From an uncultured Parachlamydiaceae bacterium (GTDB taxonomy: Bacteria > Chlamydiota > Chlamydiia > Chlamydiales > Parachlamydiaceae), in NCBI GenBank assembly GCA_963752155.1, contig CAVVXH010000005.1, positions 1 through 64,000 of the forward strand: DNA of 64,000 nucleotides, written 5' to 3'. The notes under the pieces are model-generated. The model was not told where the DNA came from and did not search any database. It saw only the letters and a list, made by a program, of their open reading frames with translations. A program made the translations under genes and the position numbers. Of the stretch, positions 63,200-64,000 are shown piece by piece. Each line of letters opens with the position of its first letter. The stretch's first letter is position 1.

Positions 63200-64000
63200 A
63201 AACGACGACCTCGCATTTTAAAAAACCGTTCAATTTCGTGAGAATAGGGTTTATCAGAGCGTATATCGATAAAACCACCCTTTCCCTTCTCTACTAAAGT
63301 CTTCACTTCAGATAAACGTTTCTCTGCAGCTTCCATGAAACTGCGTTGACGAGAAGATGCACCTGTATCGATAACCTGATGTTCTCCGGTTTCCAAATCT
63401 GTAAGTTCTGCAAGATTGACATTAGGGAATGACACCTCATAGGGGTCGATGACGGAAATAGCAACGACATCATGCTTTGCAGAAAGAAGTGTGAGTTCAT
63501 GTGAAAAGTCAGGACACATGAAATCGGAAATGATAAAGCAAATTGCAGGGCGACGCTGAACTTTTCCTACATAAGAGAGTGCGTTACTCAGGTCTGTTCC
63601 TCGGCTAAACGGCGGAGGGAGTAACAGTTCTCTGATGATACGTAAAGCATGCCGAGTACCCTTTTTAGGAGTCAAATAGAGTTCAGTTTTGTCTGTAAAA
63701 GTCAGTAAACCGACCTTATCCCCGTTCTTCATGGCCGAAAAAGCGATAAGAGCTCCAATTTCAGCGATCAATTTTTTTTTAGTCTGGTTCGTCGAGCCAA
63801 AGCGAGTCGACGAAGAGGCATCGACAATAAGGATCACTGTAAGTTCTCGTTCTTCTCTAAAAGTTTTCACGTAAGGATACCCCATTTTAGCTGTAACGTT
63901 CCAGTCGATGCTGCGTACTTCATCGCCTGCTTGATACTCTCGCACTTCTTCAAATTCAATACCACGCCCCTTAAATGCGGAGCGGTAGGCACCTGCCAAT
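63196..64000 (-). CDS. DUF58 domain protein (MoxR-associated), 5'-partial
   Basis: YRSAFKGRGIEFEEVREYQAGDEVRSIDWNVTAK, FIISDF. Confidence 0.92.
   Translation of the reverse strand, partial: LAGAYRSAFKGRGIEFEEVREYQAGDEVRSIDWNVTAKMGYPYVKTFREERELTVILIVDASSSTRFGSTNQTKKKLIAEIGALIAFSAMKNGDKVGLLTFTDKTELYLTPKKGTRHALRIIRELLLPPPFSRGTDLSNALSYVGKVQRRPAICFIISDFMCPDFSHELTLLSAKHDVVAISVIDPYEVSFPNVNLAELTDLETGEHQVIDTGASSRQRSFMEAAEKRLSEVKTLVEKGKGGFIDIRSDKPYSHEIERFFKMRGRRL

Overview
The window has two compositionally incompatible parts with an abrupt join at ~5100/5101. Part A (1-5100) is GC-rich and looks alphaproteobacterial: the 3' part of an MscS channel gene, an intact IS4-family element sitting in the apex of a palindrome, and a 5'-truncated, heavily frameshifted dnaE. 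Part B (5101-64000) is AT-rich and most consistent with an environmental Chlamydiae-type intracellular bacterium (inference from gene content and order). The join cuts two genes, so it is probably an assembly or read chimera. Part B carries a circularly permuted ATP-grasp/alpha-E pair, gcvT-H-PA-PB, several effector-like orphans, AtuA plus an enoyl-CoA hydratase-Nudix fusion, a solitary cyoB, a collagen-like protein, tRNA-Val followed by a thrS-like gene, infC, rpmI, rplT, pheS, rluA and waaC, a decaying Rhs toxin-immunity cassette, pepN, czcCBA, ytcA-mdtNOP and the end of a DUF58/Bat-like operon. Its intergenic DNA is full of nested palindromic MITE/REP-like modules. Most notable: (1) a full-length ThrRS paralog at the canonical thrS position whose catalytic residues appear lost; (2) a 166-bp palindromic element with a TAA duplication inserted in the waaC coding region, one base from being in frame (RPE-like); (3) a 939-aa orphan with a MavL/Larg1-like permuted macrodomain; (4) a putative cysteine protease effector split at a G11 tract; (5) an Rhs toxin-immunity cassette bounded by a perfect 19-bp inverted repeat; (6) a 150-bp att-like duplication of the gcvPB 3' end. 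All family assignments come from recognising motifs by eye; no searches were run, and several single-base frameshifts may be sequencing errors.
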